A stretch of DNA of 64,000 bases from an uncultured Nitrososphaerota archaeon (GTDB lineage: Archaea > Thermoproteota > Nitrososphaeria > Nitrososphaerales > Gagatemarchaeaceae): contig CAVRAG010000007.1 of the NCBI GenBank assembly GCA_963718895.1, positions 704,001 to 768,000 of the forward strand, given 5' to 3'. Made by a program: the position numbers and the translations under genes. Below the pieces are notes generated by a model. The model did no database searches and was not told the DNA's origin. It saw only the letters and a list, made by a program, of their open reading frames with translations. Positions within the stretch are counted from its first letter, which is position 1, and the number at the start of each line of letters is the position of its first letter. This document shows positions 1-10,478 of the stretch, piece after piece.

Positions 1-781
1 ACCATCCCCAGGTGATGTCGGCCGCGTTGAGCAGGTCTCCGATGTTCTGGGGTGAGCTGGGTCCGCTCGTGGGGACCATTGCGAGGGTGGTGCTCGCCGA
101 GCAGTCGTCGTATGTCGGGTCTGCGTCTCCTATCACCTGGCCGTTGGCCAGAAGACCTGCGACGTTTGTGATGCCGCCGACGCCTGCGACAGTGGCGACC
201 ATCGGACCGCCGATGCCTGAGATCAGGTTGAGAGCTCCGGGCGTGGATGGGCCGAAGGTCGTCCCGAAGGAGTTGTCATTTAGGGCGAAGTTCTGGGCGT
301 AGTTCCAGAGGGCGGTCACGGTGTTCCCGTCGTAGTAGTTCATGACGAGGCCGTCGCTGCAGCTCGTCTGCTCCGGGAACATGTTCATCAGCCCTCCGTT
401 GAACGCGGCCTGCTCGGCGGTGTAGTCGTGGTCGTTGTCGCAGGTCACCGGCTGGGTGCGGTCGAGCCTCGAGGGGTTGTCTAACGGGTTGCCCGTCACG
501 AGCTCGTTGGGGTTGCTCGTCAGCAGAGAACCCGTGAGGCCAACGACCGTGGGTGTCCCCGGAGCCGCCGTGAACTGGGGCTCGTTGGGGAGGTTGGCCG
601 CGACCGGATACGTCCCGAAGTAGTGATCGAACGAGACGTTCTCGTTGAAGATGACGACCACGTGCTGGATAGGGGTTGCCGTGCTCGAGTTGTCGCGCGG
701 GATTGCGGCCACGTTGGCCGTCAGCATGATTGCGAACAGTACTACCGGAATTGCGAGAGTAGACTTTGCGTAGGTTTTCAT
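1..781 (-). CDS. Secreted phosphoesterase (phospholipase C / acid phosphatase AcpA family), runs off window edge
   Basis: Not in ORF track. Manual translation from ATG at 781 gives a signal peptide, then TPIQHVVVIFNENVSFDHYFGTYP, the phosphoesterase-family N-terminal motif. Confidence 0.85.
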   Translation of the reverse strand, partial: MKTYAKSTLAIPVVLFAIMLTANVAAIPRDNSSTATPIQHVVVIFNENVSFDHYFGTYPVAANLPNEPQFTAAPGTPTVVGLTGSLLTSNPNELVTGNPLDNPSRLDRTQPVTCDNDHDYTAEQAAFNGGLMNMFPEQTSCSDGLVMNYYDGNTVTALWNYAQNFALNDNSFGTTFGPSTPGALNLISGIGGPMVATVAGVGGITNVAGLLANGQVIGDADPTYDDCSASTTLAMVPTSGPSSPQNIGDLLNAADITWGW

Positions 782-1059
782 CGGCTCAGAATGTCTGCCG
801 GAACGATTTCTGCATTACATATGTAATCTAGTTATTTTCCGATAAAACATATATCAGCAATATTGAATATGGTGTAATGACTAACCATAACAAACTTGAC
901 GAGGCTTCTACGAGGGCCGAGCATCGGCAGGACGGACAATTGGGGGCGAGGGCTTCGTCGCGCCCGACGAATCTCGCGGTACAGGTCAATCTCGTTGACG
1001 ATGGCGTGGACGGAGGACCGGCCAAGGCATAAATATCATTCGAGGTCCGAACCGGACGA

Positions 1060-1728
1060 ATGCGGGAGAATCCATCGGAAAAGGTCATGTTTGACCGAAT
1101 GGAGAGAAAGCTCTACTCCGCCGTGGTCTCGGACATCCTCGACGACCTGGGAATCCGAGACCACACCCTGAACAATCTGATTCGCCCGATACGCGGTGAC
1201 ATGGTCCTAGCGGGACGGTCGAAGCCAATGCTCGCCTCCAGGGTCTTCGAGGTCCCGGACGAGCCCTACAAGGTCACGATCGAGGCGCTGGACAGCCTGA
1301 AGCCGGACGAGGTCCCCGTCATAGTCACCAACAACGACTCGACCTCTGCGACGTGGGGGGAACTGCTCTCGACGGCCAGCAAGGCCAGGGGCGCGCGAGG
1401 GACGATAATCGAGGGGCTCGCCAGGGACACCCGCCAGATCATGGCGATGGGCTATCCGCTCTTCTGCACGGGAACCACGCCGACCGATTCGAAGGGCAGA
1501 TCCGAGGTCACCGAGTACGGCCGCCAGGTGAGGTGCGGGGACGCCACCGTCAGGCCCGGAGACATCGTCTTCGCCGACCTGGACGGGATAGTTGCGATCC
1601 CGAGGGAGGTCGAGGCCGAGGTTCTCGACCGAGCCTACAAGAAGGCGGGCAGAGAGAATGTGGTACGCAGAGACCTCCTCAGGGGCGAACTCCTTGGCGA
1701 CACGTGGCGGAAACACGGAGTGCTCTAG
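1060..1728 (+). CDS. RraA family protein / HMG-CHA aldolase-like
   Basis: SAVVSDILD, WGELLS..ARGARG..IEG..RD, PGDIVFADLDG motifs. Confidence 0.85.
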   Translation: MRENPSEKVMFDRMERKLYSAVVSDILDDLGIRDHTLNNLIRPIRGDMVLAGRSKPMLASRVFEVPDEPYKVTIEALDSLKPDEVPVIVTNNDSTSATWGELLSTASKARGARGTIIEGLARDTRQIMAMGYPLFCTGTTPTDSKGRSEVTEYGRQVRCGDATVRPGDIVFADLDGIVAIPREVEAEVLDRAYKKAGRENVVRRDLLRGELLGDTWRKHGVL

Positions 1729-1764
1729 CGACAGGTGAGGGCCAGGACGTGCCGGCTCGCTGTG

Positions 1765-2037
1765 CTACAGGACGGCGAAGATCGTCAGGAGAGCGAATGC
1801 CACACCACTCACGAGCAGCGCCGCGATGACCAGCCAGAAGACCGACCTCACGCATGCGCGCACGGATTCGTCAGAGGTCACGTCGAGGCCGAGCACCCGG
1901 AACCCCTCAGACTCTGCGGTCTCCGGCTTTCGGGACGTGCCGAAGACCCGGAACCCGTTCTTTGATAACAGGGAGGCGATGGCTCTCCCGAAACCAGAGG
2001 ATGCGCCGGTGACCAGGGCGACGCGTGACGATTCCAT
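1765..2037 (-). pseudogene. SDR oxidoreductase N-terminal fragment fused to an unrelated hydrophobic tail
   Basis: VALVTGASSGFG..LDVT Rossmann start; similarity stops after about 65 aa. Confidence 0.7.
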
Positions 2038-2145
2038 GCGCGCTTCCTTGCGGAGGGACTGATATCTCTTCCCGGGCACCGGTCAGGGAGGAGGAGGTCT
2101 CACGTGGTCAACGTCTAGCTCAAATCGAACCCCTGACCCGGCAGT

Positions 2146-3003
2146 GTGTTGGCCCGCTTTTTGCCGCAGGATAGAGGAGGACAGAGTCCGGGAGTGCACA
2201 AGGTGAACCTTACCGGTGAGAAGGAGACGCTCCTCATCACCCTCTACGCCAAGGCGCTGGACAGCCGCTCGAAGCACCCCATACTCGGCGACAAGAAGGC
2301 GGACGAGATGGTGAGCATGATCGACTACGACTTCCAGAGGCTCACGGGCTTTGGAAACGGGAACGTCATGGTCGTCAGGGCAAAGCAGTTGGATGAATGG
2401 GTCAGGGAGTTCCTCCGGTCGAACCCCGACGCGGTGGTGCTGAACCTCGGCTGTGGCCTGGACACGAGGATCTCTAGGATAGACCCATCTTCCCGCGTGA
2501 GCTGGTTTGACGTCGACTACCCCGAGGTCATCGAGGAGCGCCGCAAGTTCTACTCGGACCGGGAGGGATACCAGATGCTGGAGTCGTCCGTTACGGGGGA
2601 GGGATGGCTCGAGAGTGTGCCGGGTGGCCGGCCGGCGATGGCGATCGCAGAAGGACTAGTGGAGTACCTCACGGAAGAAGAGGTGAAGACGCTTCTCAAG
2701 AGGGTGGCGGACCACTTCCCTCGTGGCCAGGTCGTCTTCGACGTGATGAACTCGTTCGCCATCCAGTCAGGAAGGTCGAGGCTCAAGGAGAGGACCGGAG
2801 CCGAGCACAAGTGGGCGGTCGACGACGTCAGCGAAGTCGACAGACTTGATCCAAGGCTGAGGAGGATCTCCAACACGTCGCTCTTCGGGTCCAAGTATCT
2901 CCCGTCGGTGTATCGCGTCGCCTTCGGGACGGCGTCCATCGCCCCGCGTTTCAGGAACATGATACGCCTGCTCCGCTACGAGTTCGGATCAACACGGCGC
3001 TAG
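2146..3003 (+). CDS. Class I SAM-dependent methyltransferase (LCM/TcmP-like); true start probably near 2191
   Basis: ETLLITLYAKALDS, VLNLGCGLDTR, WFDVDYPEVI, IAEGL motifs. Confidence 0.85.
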   Translation: MLARFLPQDRGGQSPGVHKVNLTGEKETLLITLYAKALDSRSKHPILGDKKADEMVSMIDYDFQRLTGFGNGNVMVVRAKQLDEWVREFLRSNPDAVVLNLGCGLDTRISRIDPSSRVSWFDVDYPEVIEERRKFYSDREGYQMLESSVTGEGWLESVPGGRPAMAIAEGLVEYLTEEEVKTLLKRVADHFPRGQVVFDVMNSFAIQSGRSRLKERTGAEHKWAVDDVSEVDRLDPRLRRISNTSLFGSKYLPSVYRVAFGTASIAPRFRNMIRLLRYEFGSTRR

Positions 3004-3009
3004 TCCGAG

Positions 3010-4210
3010 CTACCTCGTCATCTGTCGCCTGAACACCGGGACGGCTATCGCCGTCAGCACGGCCCCGAAGACTATCAGGATGGCCAAGTCGGTTGTGATG
3101 TCGGGTATCCCCGCGCCGAGGACCATGACCTTCCTCAGAGCGTCCGACGCGTAGGTGAGCGGGAGCACCTTCGAGATGTCCTGCATAAACCATGGCATCT
3201 GCTGTATCGGGAAGAAGACACCGCTCAGGAACATCATGGGGAACATCAGAGTGGTCATCAGCATCGTTGCCGTTTGCTGGTCCTTGGCGAACGAGGTCAA
3301 CACTATGCCGAGGCCGACGAAGCTGAACACCCCGAGCAGCAGCAGGCCGAAGACGAGCAGGATGCTCCCATGTATGGTCACGCCGAACAGCAGGACGGCC
3401 AGGACCAGGATTATTGACCCCCTGGAGGATGCCTCTGACAGTTTGGCTCAGGGTCTTGCCGAGGATGACCGAGAGCCTGTTGATGGGAGCCACCATCATC
3501 CCGTCCATCGTGCCGATTTCTTTCTCCTGTGAGATCGCGCCGGGGAGGCCGGTCATGACGCTCATCATGACGACCATGGCCATTATTCCCGGGGCGAGGA
3601 AGTCGAAGTAGTTGGAGGTGCCGGCGACCACGCCCTGCATCTGGACCCTGTATGGCTGCACTATCGCAAGGGAATCGGACGCGTTGACCGCCGGACTGAG
3701 ATCCTGGACGTTCTGCTGGGCCAGCGAGGTGCCCATCTTGCTGAAGACGCCGGAGAGGAGAGTCTGAATTGTGGCCGAGACCTGAGGGTTAGACTGGTCG
3801 GTCATGATCATGAGCATCCCCTGCTTCCCGCTGAGGAGGCTTGCCGAGAAGTTGCTCGGGATGATTATCGCGCCCTCGAGGTTGCCGCCCTGAATCGAGC
3901 TCCTGACAGCGGAGACGCTCGGCTCCGCAGAGAGCTTCATCATGCTCGTCTTGCTGTTGATCTGGTCCAGGACGGAGATGAACGTCTGGCTCCCGATGGT
4001 CGAGTTGTTGTATCCCGAGTCCATGTTGACTATCGCGACGGGCAGCGTTGCTGACCGAGTTGCCGCTCGTTGGGTAGATGAAGCCAACCATTCCCAGCAT
4101 GAAGAGGGGCATCACGATGAGCAGGACCAGGCCGAACTTGTTCCTTTCGAGCTCAAGCAGGTCCTTCCAGGCGATTCTGAAGCTGTGCGAAAGCAGAGTC
4201 TTGGCTCCCA
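3010..4210 (-). CDS. ABC-2 type exporter permease (frameshifted)
   Basis: Pieces in three frames: AWKDLLEL..VMPLFM; FLAPGIMAM..EKEIGT..APINR; FPMMFLSGVFFPI..LPLTY. Confidence 0.85.
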
Positions 4211-4216
4211 TCAGCT

Positions 4217-5273
4217 TCACCTTATCCTCCCGGGCCCGCCACCAAATCCGTGCCGCGACTCGAGCGGGATCTTCCGGTCCGCGCTGTCTCTTACCTCGTG
4301 GCCCGTCAGGTGCAGGAAGACGTCCTCGAGCGTCGGCTGGACGCTCTCTATCGATGTTATCTTCCCGCCCTTCCGCCTCACCGCGTCGATCACACCGTCG
4401 AAGGCGTCGTCTGCCGCGCGCAATCAGGCGGATCTGCGTGGGGCCCTCCTGGGAGGCGGACTTCACGCAGTCGAGGGTCCGGAGAGACTCGAGGAGATCG
4501 GTCGTGAGATTCGCTATGCCCAGCTTCAGGACCGTGGAGTCTTCACCGGAGATCAGCTTCTTGAGGCCGCTCGAGGTGTCCAGGGCGACCACCTTCCCGT
4601 GATCGATGATCGCGATGCGGTTGCAGAGCATGTCGGCGTCGACCATCGTGTGGGTCGTCACGATTATCGTCGTCCCGTTCTCCCTGTTGAGCTTCTTGAC
4701 GAACTCCCGGATCTCGACCGAGGACTGGGGGTCTAGCCCCAGTGTGGGCTCGTCCAAGAACAGCACGCGGGGCATGTTTAGCAGTGACCGCACCACGTTC
4801 ATCCTCTGGCGCATCCCAGTCGAGAACGTGCCCACCTGGGCGTCCTTCCACTTGGTCAGCTGGACCAGGTCCAGCAGCTCGTCGATCCTCTTCGTAAGCA
4901 CATCCCTTGGAATGTCGAAGAGGCTGCCGAAGAACCAGAGGTTTTCCCTCGCCGTCAGGCGGTCGTACATAATCATCTTCTCAGAGACGATGCCGATCAG
5001 CTTGCGGACCTCTGTGTCATCGTTCACGATGTCGTAGCCCCCGATCGTCGCTGTCCCCTTGGTCGGCCTCGCAAGTGTGGAGAGTATCCTCAGGGTCGTG
5101 CTCTTCCCAGCCCCGTTGGGGCCGAGAAGGCCGAATATCTCGCCCTTCTTGACGTCGAACGAGACGTCATCGACGGCCACGAAGTCTCCGAACTTCTTGG
5201 TCAGTCCTTCGACCCTGATCATCGAGTCGCCCTCGGCGACGCGGCCCTCTGAGACCAGCGCGGTCGTACTCAA
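4217..5273 (-). CDS. ABC exporter ATP-binding protein, DrrA-like (frameshift near 4420)
   Basis: GPNGAGKS, FSTGMRQR, LDEPT, TTH; C-terminal PTLEDVFLHLTG lies in ORF 4217..4423. Confidence 0.9.
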
Positions 5274-5914
5274 GCCTCTTTCCCCTCCGATGCCGATCCC
5301 TCGGGGACGGAGCTCCCGGAGCGGGAGCGGCCGTCCAGCTTCTTGATCATGGAGTTGGTTCGGGTCAGCTCCCTCTCCAGATTGAGCCTGTGCTGGCGGA
5401 GGATGAACAGTCTGTCCTGGTCGCCCAGGCCGCTTCTGTCCGATTCGACGATCATGTGGACGAGCTCGATCTGCAGTTCAGAGGAGTTGAGGGCGAACCT
5501 CACCAAGTCATCGGGTTCCATCAGCTCGATGAAGAGCCGGCCCATGAGGTTAAGGCGTTCCGTGGACGACTTCATCATCTTCTTGGCGTTGGCGATGTTC
5601 TCCAGTCCTGCGGGAGTTATCTGGTAGAGGACCTGGGCGGACCCACCGCGCTCCTTCTTCTGGGCCTTGATGTAGCCCTGTTTCGCGAGCTTCTGGAGCA
5701 CCGGATAGACAGCTCCGGGTCCGGGCCGCCAGGCGCCCTCGGTCCTGGCCTCAATCTCCTTCATGATGTCGTAGCCTCTCATCGGCCTGCGGCCTATGCT
5801 CAGAATAGAGTAGAAGTGAAGGAGACCCCTCGGGGCGCCCTGCGGATGCGGACTCCCGTCCTCAAAGAGCCCCGGGCCCTCCCGGTGAGGTGGGGACCTT
5901 CTCGCCTTTTCCAT
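5270..5914 (-). CDS. PadR family transcriptional regulator
   Basis: GYDIMKEIE...WRPGPGAVYPVLQKL..GYI...YQITPAG; first gene of the ABC exporter operon. Confidence 0.9.
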   Translation of the reverse strand: MEKARRSPPHREGPGLFEDGSPHPQGAPRGLLHFYSILSIGRRPMRGYDIMKEIEARTEGAWRPGPGAVYPVLQKLAKQGYIKAQKKERGGSAQVLYQITPAGLENIANAKKMMKSSTERLNLMGRLFIELMEPDDLVRFALNSSELQIELVHMIVESDRSGLGDQDRLFILRQHRLNLERELTRTNSMIKKLDGRSRSGSSVPEGSASEGKEA

Positions 5915-5931
5915 GAGCAGCCGCCCTGAGA

Positions 5932-5973
5932 ATAGATTATATAACTATATCTTAAAGAGTATCGATTTCGATA
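5932..5973. promoter_or_regulatory. AT-rich promoter with inverted repeats, candidate PadR operator
   Basis: ATAG-A-TTATATAA-CTAT and TATCGA-TT-TCGATA palindromes directly upstream of padR. Confidence 0.45.
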
Positions 5974-6027
5974 GTGACGCGACCACTGGCGTTATCTAGG
6001 CGTCGAACTGCGATTACTGACCGAGCG

Positions 6028-6378
6028 CTATTTGGCGAGTTCGAGAAGCCTCTGCCTGAGCTTCGCTGCCTCAAGGACATCGACGGTATCGCCGCCAAGC
6101 TTGTAGCTCTCCAGCGCCTTCTCGCTCAACGGCAGGGCCTGTCTCGCCTTCAGCTTCACGTCAATCTGCTGCGAGAAGACCCTCTTGATGGCGTCGAGGT
6201 AGGAATCGCCGCAGGACTTGTAGTCTTCGAGCTTGCGGTGGCACTCGGCCAGCCATTCATAGAGCTCTGCCCTTTCTGACGGGGACTTGCTCTCGCTGGA
6301 TGCTTCATCCTCAAGGATGGATATGGCTCTCCCGTACTCGCGACCGTTCATCAGGACCACGACTTCCTTTAGGCTCAT
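6028..6378 (-). CDS. Small helical TPR-like hypothetical protein
   Basis: MSLKEVVVLMNGREYGRAISILE...LAECHRKLEDY helical-repeat pattern. Confidence 0.6.
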   Translation of the reverse strand: MSLKEVVVLMNGREYGRAISILEDEASSESKSPSERAELYEWLAECHRKLEDYKSCGDSYLDAIKRVFSQQIDVKLKARQALPLSEKALESYKLGGDTVDVLEAAKLRQRLLELAK

Positions 6379-6449
6379 TTCGTTGACCAGAGCACTGTGG
6401 GACTCCTTTTTGATAAATGGCGTAGTGTGAGAATTCCTCCACCCCGGAC

Positions 6450-6700
6450 TCAAAACCCACCGGATCGCCACGGGCGAGAGTGGAACCTGTTCCACCTTGC
6501 TGCTCTCTCGTAGGCCAGGGCGGCAGAGAGTACTTCCCCCCTCGAGATGGTTGGCGACGAGCTGGAGCCCCACGGGGAGGCCGTTCGAGAGACCGCAGTT
6601 GACCGAGAGAGCTGTGTGCCGGGTGAAGTTGAATGGGATGAGGAACCCCTTATCGAGGAGGGCTTTCGCGTCGGGCTGATAGTCCCCAGCCCTCGTGCGG
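6450..6700 (-). pseudogene. Amidase (GatA-like) C-terminal fragment
   Basis: Manual translation FLIPFNFTRHTALSVNCGLSNGLPVGLQLVA(fs)EVLSAALAYERA matches the amidase C-terminus. Confidence 0.65.
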
Positions 6701-6730
6701 AACGCCTCTTCATGGTAGGCCGACGACTGG

Positions 6731-7372
6731 TCATCCGGGCTGGCTCATAGACCGGAGGAAGAAGGCGATGAAAGCGGCGCCCGGGTCCGCGCGCCCTCTG
6801 CTCCTCTCTCCCAGATAGCTGCCCCTCCCCACCCGGGCCACCATGTCGACGGTCGAGTCGGAACCGGCCTCTGCTGCCGACGCCGCCCTGGCCAGCGCAG
6901 GCCCGAGACCTGCACCCTCACTGGTCGCTGCCTCCGCCGCGAGCGCCGCAGGCTCGAGGGCGTCCAGGAGCGTCTTGTCGCCCGGCGCCGCGCCGCCCGT
7001 GGCCATGACAGCGACGAACATCGCCCTGAGGATCGTCGAGAGCCCCGCCGTGTCCAGGGTCTTCCTGCCTTCCATCGCCTTCCCGGCCTCGGTCAGCGCG
7101 CAGCCGAACAAGACGCCGATGGTGGAGCCTACTTCCATCGAGAAGGTGTCTCCGGCGACGGTAAGAATCCTGCAGACGTCGGGGTCGTCTTCCTGGGACA
7201 GCCTCGTGAGAATCAATCCGAAGCCCTTCGAGACGCTGACTCCGAAATCGGCGTCTCCGAGCATGTCGAGCTCCGAGAAGTAGCTCGCCTGCTGGATCAC
7301 GGCCTCGGCCGCCCGGGCGAACATCCTTCGGAAATCGGCCGAGGAGACCGTGGGCTCGTCCTGGATGGACAT
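6731..7372 (-). CDS. dhaL: Dihydroxyacetone kinase subunit L (DAK2)
   Basis: LD.LGDADFG, GDKTLLDAL, GRGSYLGERSRG..DPGA. Confidence 0.9.
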   Translation of the reverse strand: MSIQDEPTVSSADFRRMFARAAEAVIQQASYFSELDMLGDADFGVSVSKGFGLILTRLSQEDDPDVCRILTVAGDTFSMEVGSTIGVLFGCALTEAGKAMEGRKTLDTAGLSTILRAMFVAVMATGGAAPGDKTLLDALEPAALAAEAATSEGAGLGPALARAASAAEAGSDSTVDMVARVGRGSYLGERSRGRADPGAAFIAFFLRSMSQPG

Positions 7373-8377
7373 TCAGCTCCACGTGTGCCACGCGGGCGCC
7401 TCCGTCGGCTCTTCTAGGAGGCTCTTCAGCTCGTCGCTCAGCCTGAGCAGGGTGAGGTGGACGCCGGCCATCTCCATGGATGCCGTGTACTCACCCACGA
7501 ACGAGGCGGCTGGGGCGATCCCTCTGGACGCGAGGTGCCTGCAGACATCCCTGTAGAAGATGAACTTCTCCATGTTCGAGGTACCGCCCATGCCCTGGGC
7601 CATGACGGCCACCCTGTCCCCGCTCGAGAGGTGCAGGTCCTCGGCGATGTGGCTCACGAGGTACTCTGAGATCGCGTCTGCGGTCATCATCCTCACTCGC
7701 TCGACGCCGGGCTCGCCGTGGATGCCTATGCCCAGCTCGAGCTCGTCGTCTGCTATCGTGAAGGTGGGCCGCCCGACCGCAGGTATGGTGCAGGGAGCGA
7801 GGGCGACCCCCATCGACCCGGAGTTCGAGACGACCGTCTCCGCCGCCCTCTTGACATCGGCGAGCGTTGTCGCGCCTCCCCGTCCTCCCTCGGCCATGGC
7901 TCCGGCGATCTTCTCGACGAAGATGGCGGCCCCGACTCCTCGCCGCTTGTTCTTGTCCTTGATGGCGACGTCGTCGTTAACCAGGACGTGCTCCGTGGGG
8001 ATCCCGGCTTCCCTCGCCTTCCGCTCGGCAAGGCCGAAGTTCAGGACGTCTCCCCCGTAATTCGGGAGGACGATGAGCACTCCGAGGCCTCCGTTGGCGC
8101 CCTGGATCGCGGTCAGGATGTCCCCGGTCCCGGGGGCCGAGAAGACGTCACCCATGGCGACCGCGTCGAGCATCCCCCGACCCACATAGCCCACGTGGCC
8201 AGGCTCGTGCCCAGATCCGGCTCCGGAGACCAGGGCCACCTTGCCCTTGACGGGAGCGTCCTTTCTGAAGACGATCCTCTTGCCGGGTATCCTGCGCAGC
8301 ACGTCAGGCATGGAGAGGACCATCCCCTCCAGGGCATCGTCAGCGACCGATGTAGGATCGTCCAGGATCTTCTTCAA
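7373..8377 (-). CDS. dhaK: Dihydroxyacetone kinase subunit K (DAK1)
   Basis: SGAGSGHEPGH.GYVG.GMLD, NYGGDVLNF, RRGV, GIHGEPG. Confidence 0.92.
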   Translation of the reverse strand: MKKILDDPTSVADDALEGMVLSMPDVLRRIPGKRIVFRKDAPVKGKVALVSGAGSGHEPGHVGYVGRGMLDAVAMGDVFSAPGTGDILTAIQGANGGLGVLIVLPNYGGDVLNFGLAERKAREAGIPTEHVLVNDDVAIKDKNKRRGVGAAIFVEKIAGAMAEGGRGGATTLADVKRAAETVVSNSGSMGVALAPCTIPAVGRPTFTIADDELELGIGIHGEPGVERVRMMTADAISEYLVSHIAEDLHLSSGDRVAVMAQGMGGTSNMEKFIFYRDVCRHLASRGIAPAASFVGEYTASMEMAGVHLTLLRLSDELKSLLEEPTEAPAWHTWS

Positions 8378-8463
8378 TGTGGCCGGGTCGTGCTAAGCTG
8401 CTCGGCTGATATATACGCGACGACTGATCCCTGCCGGAGAATAGGAGCCAGCCGAGATCAACC

Positions 8464-9867
8464 TTGAGATCCGTCTTCGTCCCGTGGGGAGTTGCACTCG
8501 GCGAGTCCGAGAGGCTGTTAGGCGACCTGTCTCGCTACACCAGGGTCGACGGCATAGAGCTGCTCGATTTCCAATCGCAGATCGAGAAGGCGAATTATGG
8601 GGCTGGGATTAGCCCAGCCCTGCGGGTCCTTTCCTCGAGCCAAGGACTGGGTCTAGAGCTTCCCGTGGTGGGGAGAGAGGAGTTCAAGTCGGCGCAGAGG
8701 TTCATGGGCGAAGCAAGGTCGAGGGGATTCAGGGTAACTTGCAACTTTGTGCCGATGTGGTCCGCTTCCGACAGCTTCGCGGGCGCTGCCCTGCTGGACG
8801 TCGCGGACAGGCGCCTGACCGGACCGGGCGACTTCCCCGTACACGGGTGTCCGAACAACCCGCACATACAAAGGTTCGGCGAGCATATGATGCGAGAGTT
8901 CGTTCGCGCGTGGCCCGACATGGAGATAATGGCCCTCAATCACCTCGAATATCCCTGGAGAATCAGGTGGACCAACCCGAAGATCGACGTTGGGAGCCTC
9001 TTCTCCTGCTTCTGCGAGGCGTGCGAACGGTCCGCCGAGGAGCAGGGCCTCGACTTCTCTCGGATGAAAGGCGAAGCGAAGTCTCTTCTCGCTACCCTGA
9101 CGAGGCGGTGGTCAGGGGGTGGAGGGGGCGCGCCGCTCACGGCAAACGCTGACGACGTTACCCACTTCTTCCTCGGGAGGCCTTACCTGGCCGAATGGCT
9201 GCGTTTCAGGATGGATTCCATGACCAGGTACAGCCGCGCGCTGATAGCGGCGGGCCGGGAGGCTGCCGGCGAGCACAATCCGAAGTTGAGGTTCGGGATG
9301 GAGTTCCAGCTCCCGTCACTCAGCCCCATCCTGGGGACAGATTACCTCGCCCTCTCCTCCGACCTGGACCTGATAATCCCGAAGTTCCCCGATTACCTTC
9401 CCGGATCCGTCATCCCTTTGTTTGCGAAGGAGGTCGCCGCCCGGGTCGGTCTTGATGAGGGCGCGCTTCTCAGGTTCATCAGAGAAGCGTTCGACCTCGG
9501 GCCGGGCCCCAGAAGATACACGGCCTACGGCGAGCCGAAGCACATCCTTCTCTACTCGAACGCCTACGACTACTCGATATTCGCCCGCCAGATGAAGTAC
9601 CTGCAGCCCCTAATCGGCAAAGTACCGATCCAGCCCTACATCTGGGAGAACAACAACGACTCGAAGGGCCTCAGGAGGAAGATAGAGGCACTCGCTAGCT
9701 CGGGCTTCGACGACTTCTTCCTCTGGAGCTGGGGGACGGCATCTCCAGCGAACACCTCAGGGCGCTGCAAGGCATACTTTGACCGCCCAGAGAGCCCCCT
9801 TCCTCCACGAGCCGAAATTCCCTGCCCCGCCGTCAAAACTTCCATGGACGAGGGCCAAGACCTTTAA
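8464..9867 (+). CDS. Hypothetical TIM-barrel/glycoside-hydrolase-like protein
   Basis: Long ORF with CPNNP, CFCEAC and EWLRFR pattern seen in GH42/GHL-like proteins; the C-terminus may be frameshifted. Confidence 0.55.
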   Translation: MRSVFVPWGVALGESERLLGDLSRYTRVDGIELLDFQSQIEKANYGAGISPALRVLSSSQGLGLELPVVGREEFKSAQRFMGEARSRGFRVTCNFVPMWSASDSFAGAALLDVADRRLTGPGDFPVHGCPNNPHIQRFGEHMMREFVRAWPDMEIMALNHLEYPWRIRWTNPKIDVGSLFSCFCEACERSAEEQGLDFSRMKGEAKSLLATLTRRWSGGGGGAPLTANADDVTHFFLGRPYLAEWLRFRMDSMTRYSRALIAAGREAAGEHNPKLRFGMEFQLPSLSPILGTDYLALSSDLDLIIPKFPDYLPGSVIPLFAKEVAARVGLDEGALLRFIREAFDLGPGPRRYTAYGEPKHILLYSNAYDYSIFARQMKYLQPLIGKVPIQPYIWENNNDSKGLRRKIEALASSGFDDFFLWSWGTASPANTSGRCKAYFDRPESPLPPRAEIPCPAVKTSMDEGQDL

Positions 9868-9910
9868 GCCGAATAGGCCCTCGGTGAGATCGAATATCGG
9901 GGAAGGTGAC

Positions 9911-10354
9911 TTGGCAGGAGACAGTGAGAGCAAGGGTGGCAGGGAGCTCAAGGGGAACACTCTGCGAGTCTACCTACACCTGCTCAGGCATGGGCCGTCC
10001 GAGCTCCGCGACGTCCAGAGGACCTTGGGCTTCTCGACTCCGTCCCTCGCCTCGTACCACCTAAACAGGCTCATTGAAGCCGGCTACGCGGCCCAGAACC
10101 CGGCAGGGCAGTACTACTCGGTCAAGGACCTTTCTGGACAGATCCTTGAGGGATACACGAAGATAGGTCCAACCCTCGTGCCCCAGCTTACCTTCTTCGC
10201 GGTCCTCTTCACCGTGTTGATCTCGTACTTCGGCTTCAAATCCCTCGGCGATTCCAGATATGTCGCACCCCTGGTCCTGACATCACTTGGCCTCGTGGCG
10301 GTGGTCTGGTACGAGACTGCGAGAGTGTGGCGAAGGCTGACCGCTTGGAGGTAG
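9911..10354 (+). CDS. Membrane-anchored winged-helix transcriptional regulator
   Basis: LKGNTLRVYLHLL..RDVQRTLGFSTPSLASYHLNRL wHTH followed by two TM helices. Confidence 0.8.
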   Translation: MAGDSESKGGRELKGNTLRVYLHLLRHGPSELRDVQRTLGFSTPSLASYHLNRLIEAGYAAQNPAGQYYSVKDLSGQILEGYTKIGPTLVPQLTFFAVLFTVLISYFGFKSLGDSRYVAPLVLTSLGLVAVVWYETARVWRRLTAWR

Positions 10355-10478
10355 AGGACGGGTCCGCACAACTTCCACTGGGCTAAGGTCAGAGGCGTCC
10401 TGCTTTCAAGACTCTTGAAAGGATCTTCAAGAATGAAGGATTATCTCCCCTGCCTCCCGAATGGGAAACCGAGGAACA

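Noticed and set aside
12-826. Plus-strand ORFs 12..302, 435..623, 623..826 and many similar antisense ORFs across the window
   Set aside because: Shadow ORFs of high-GC genes on the opposite strand
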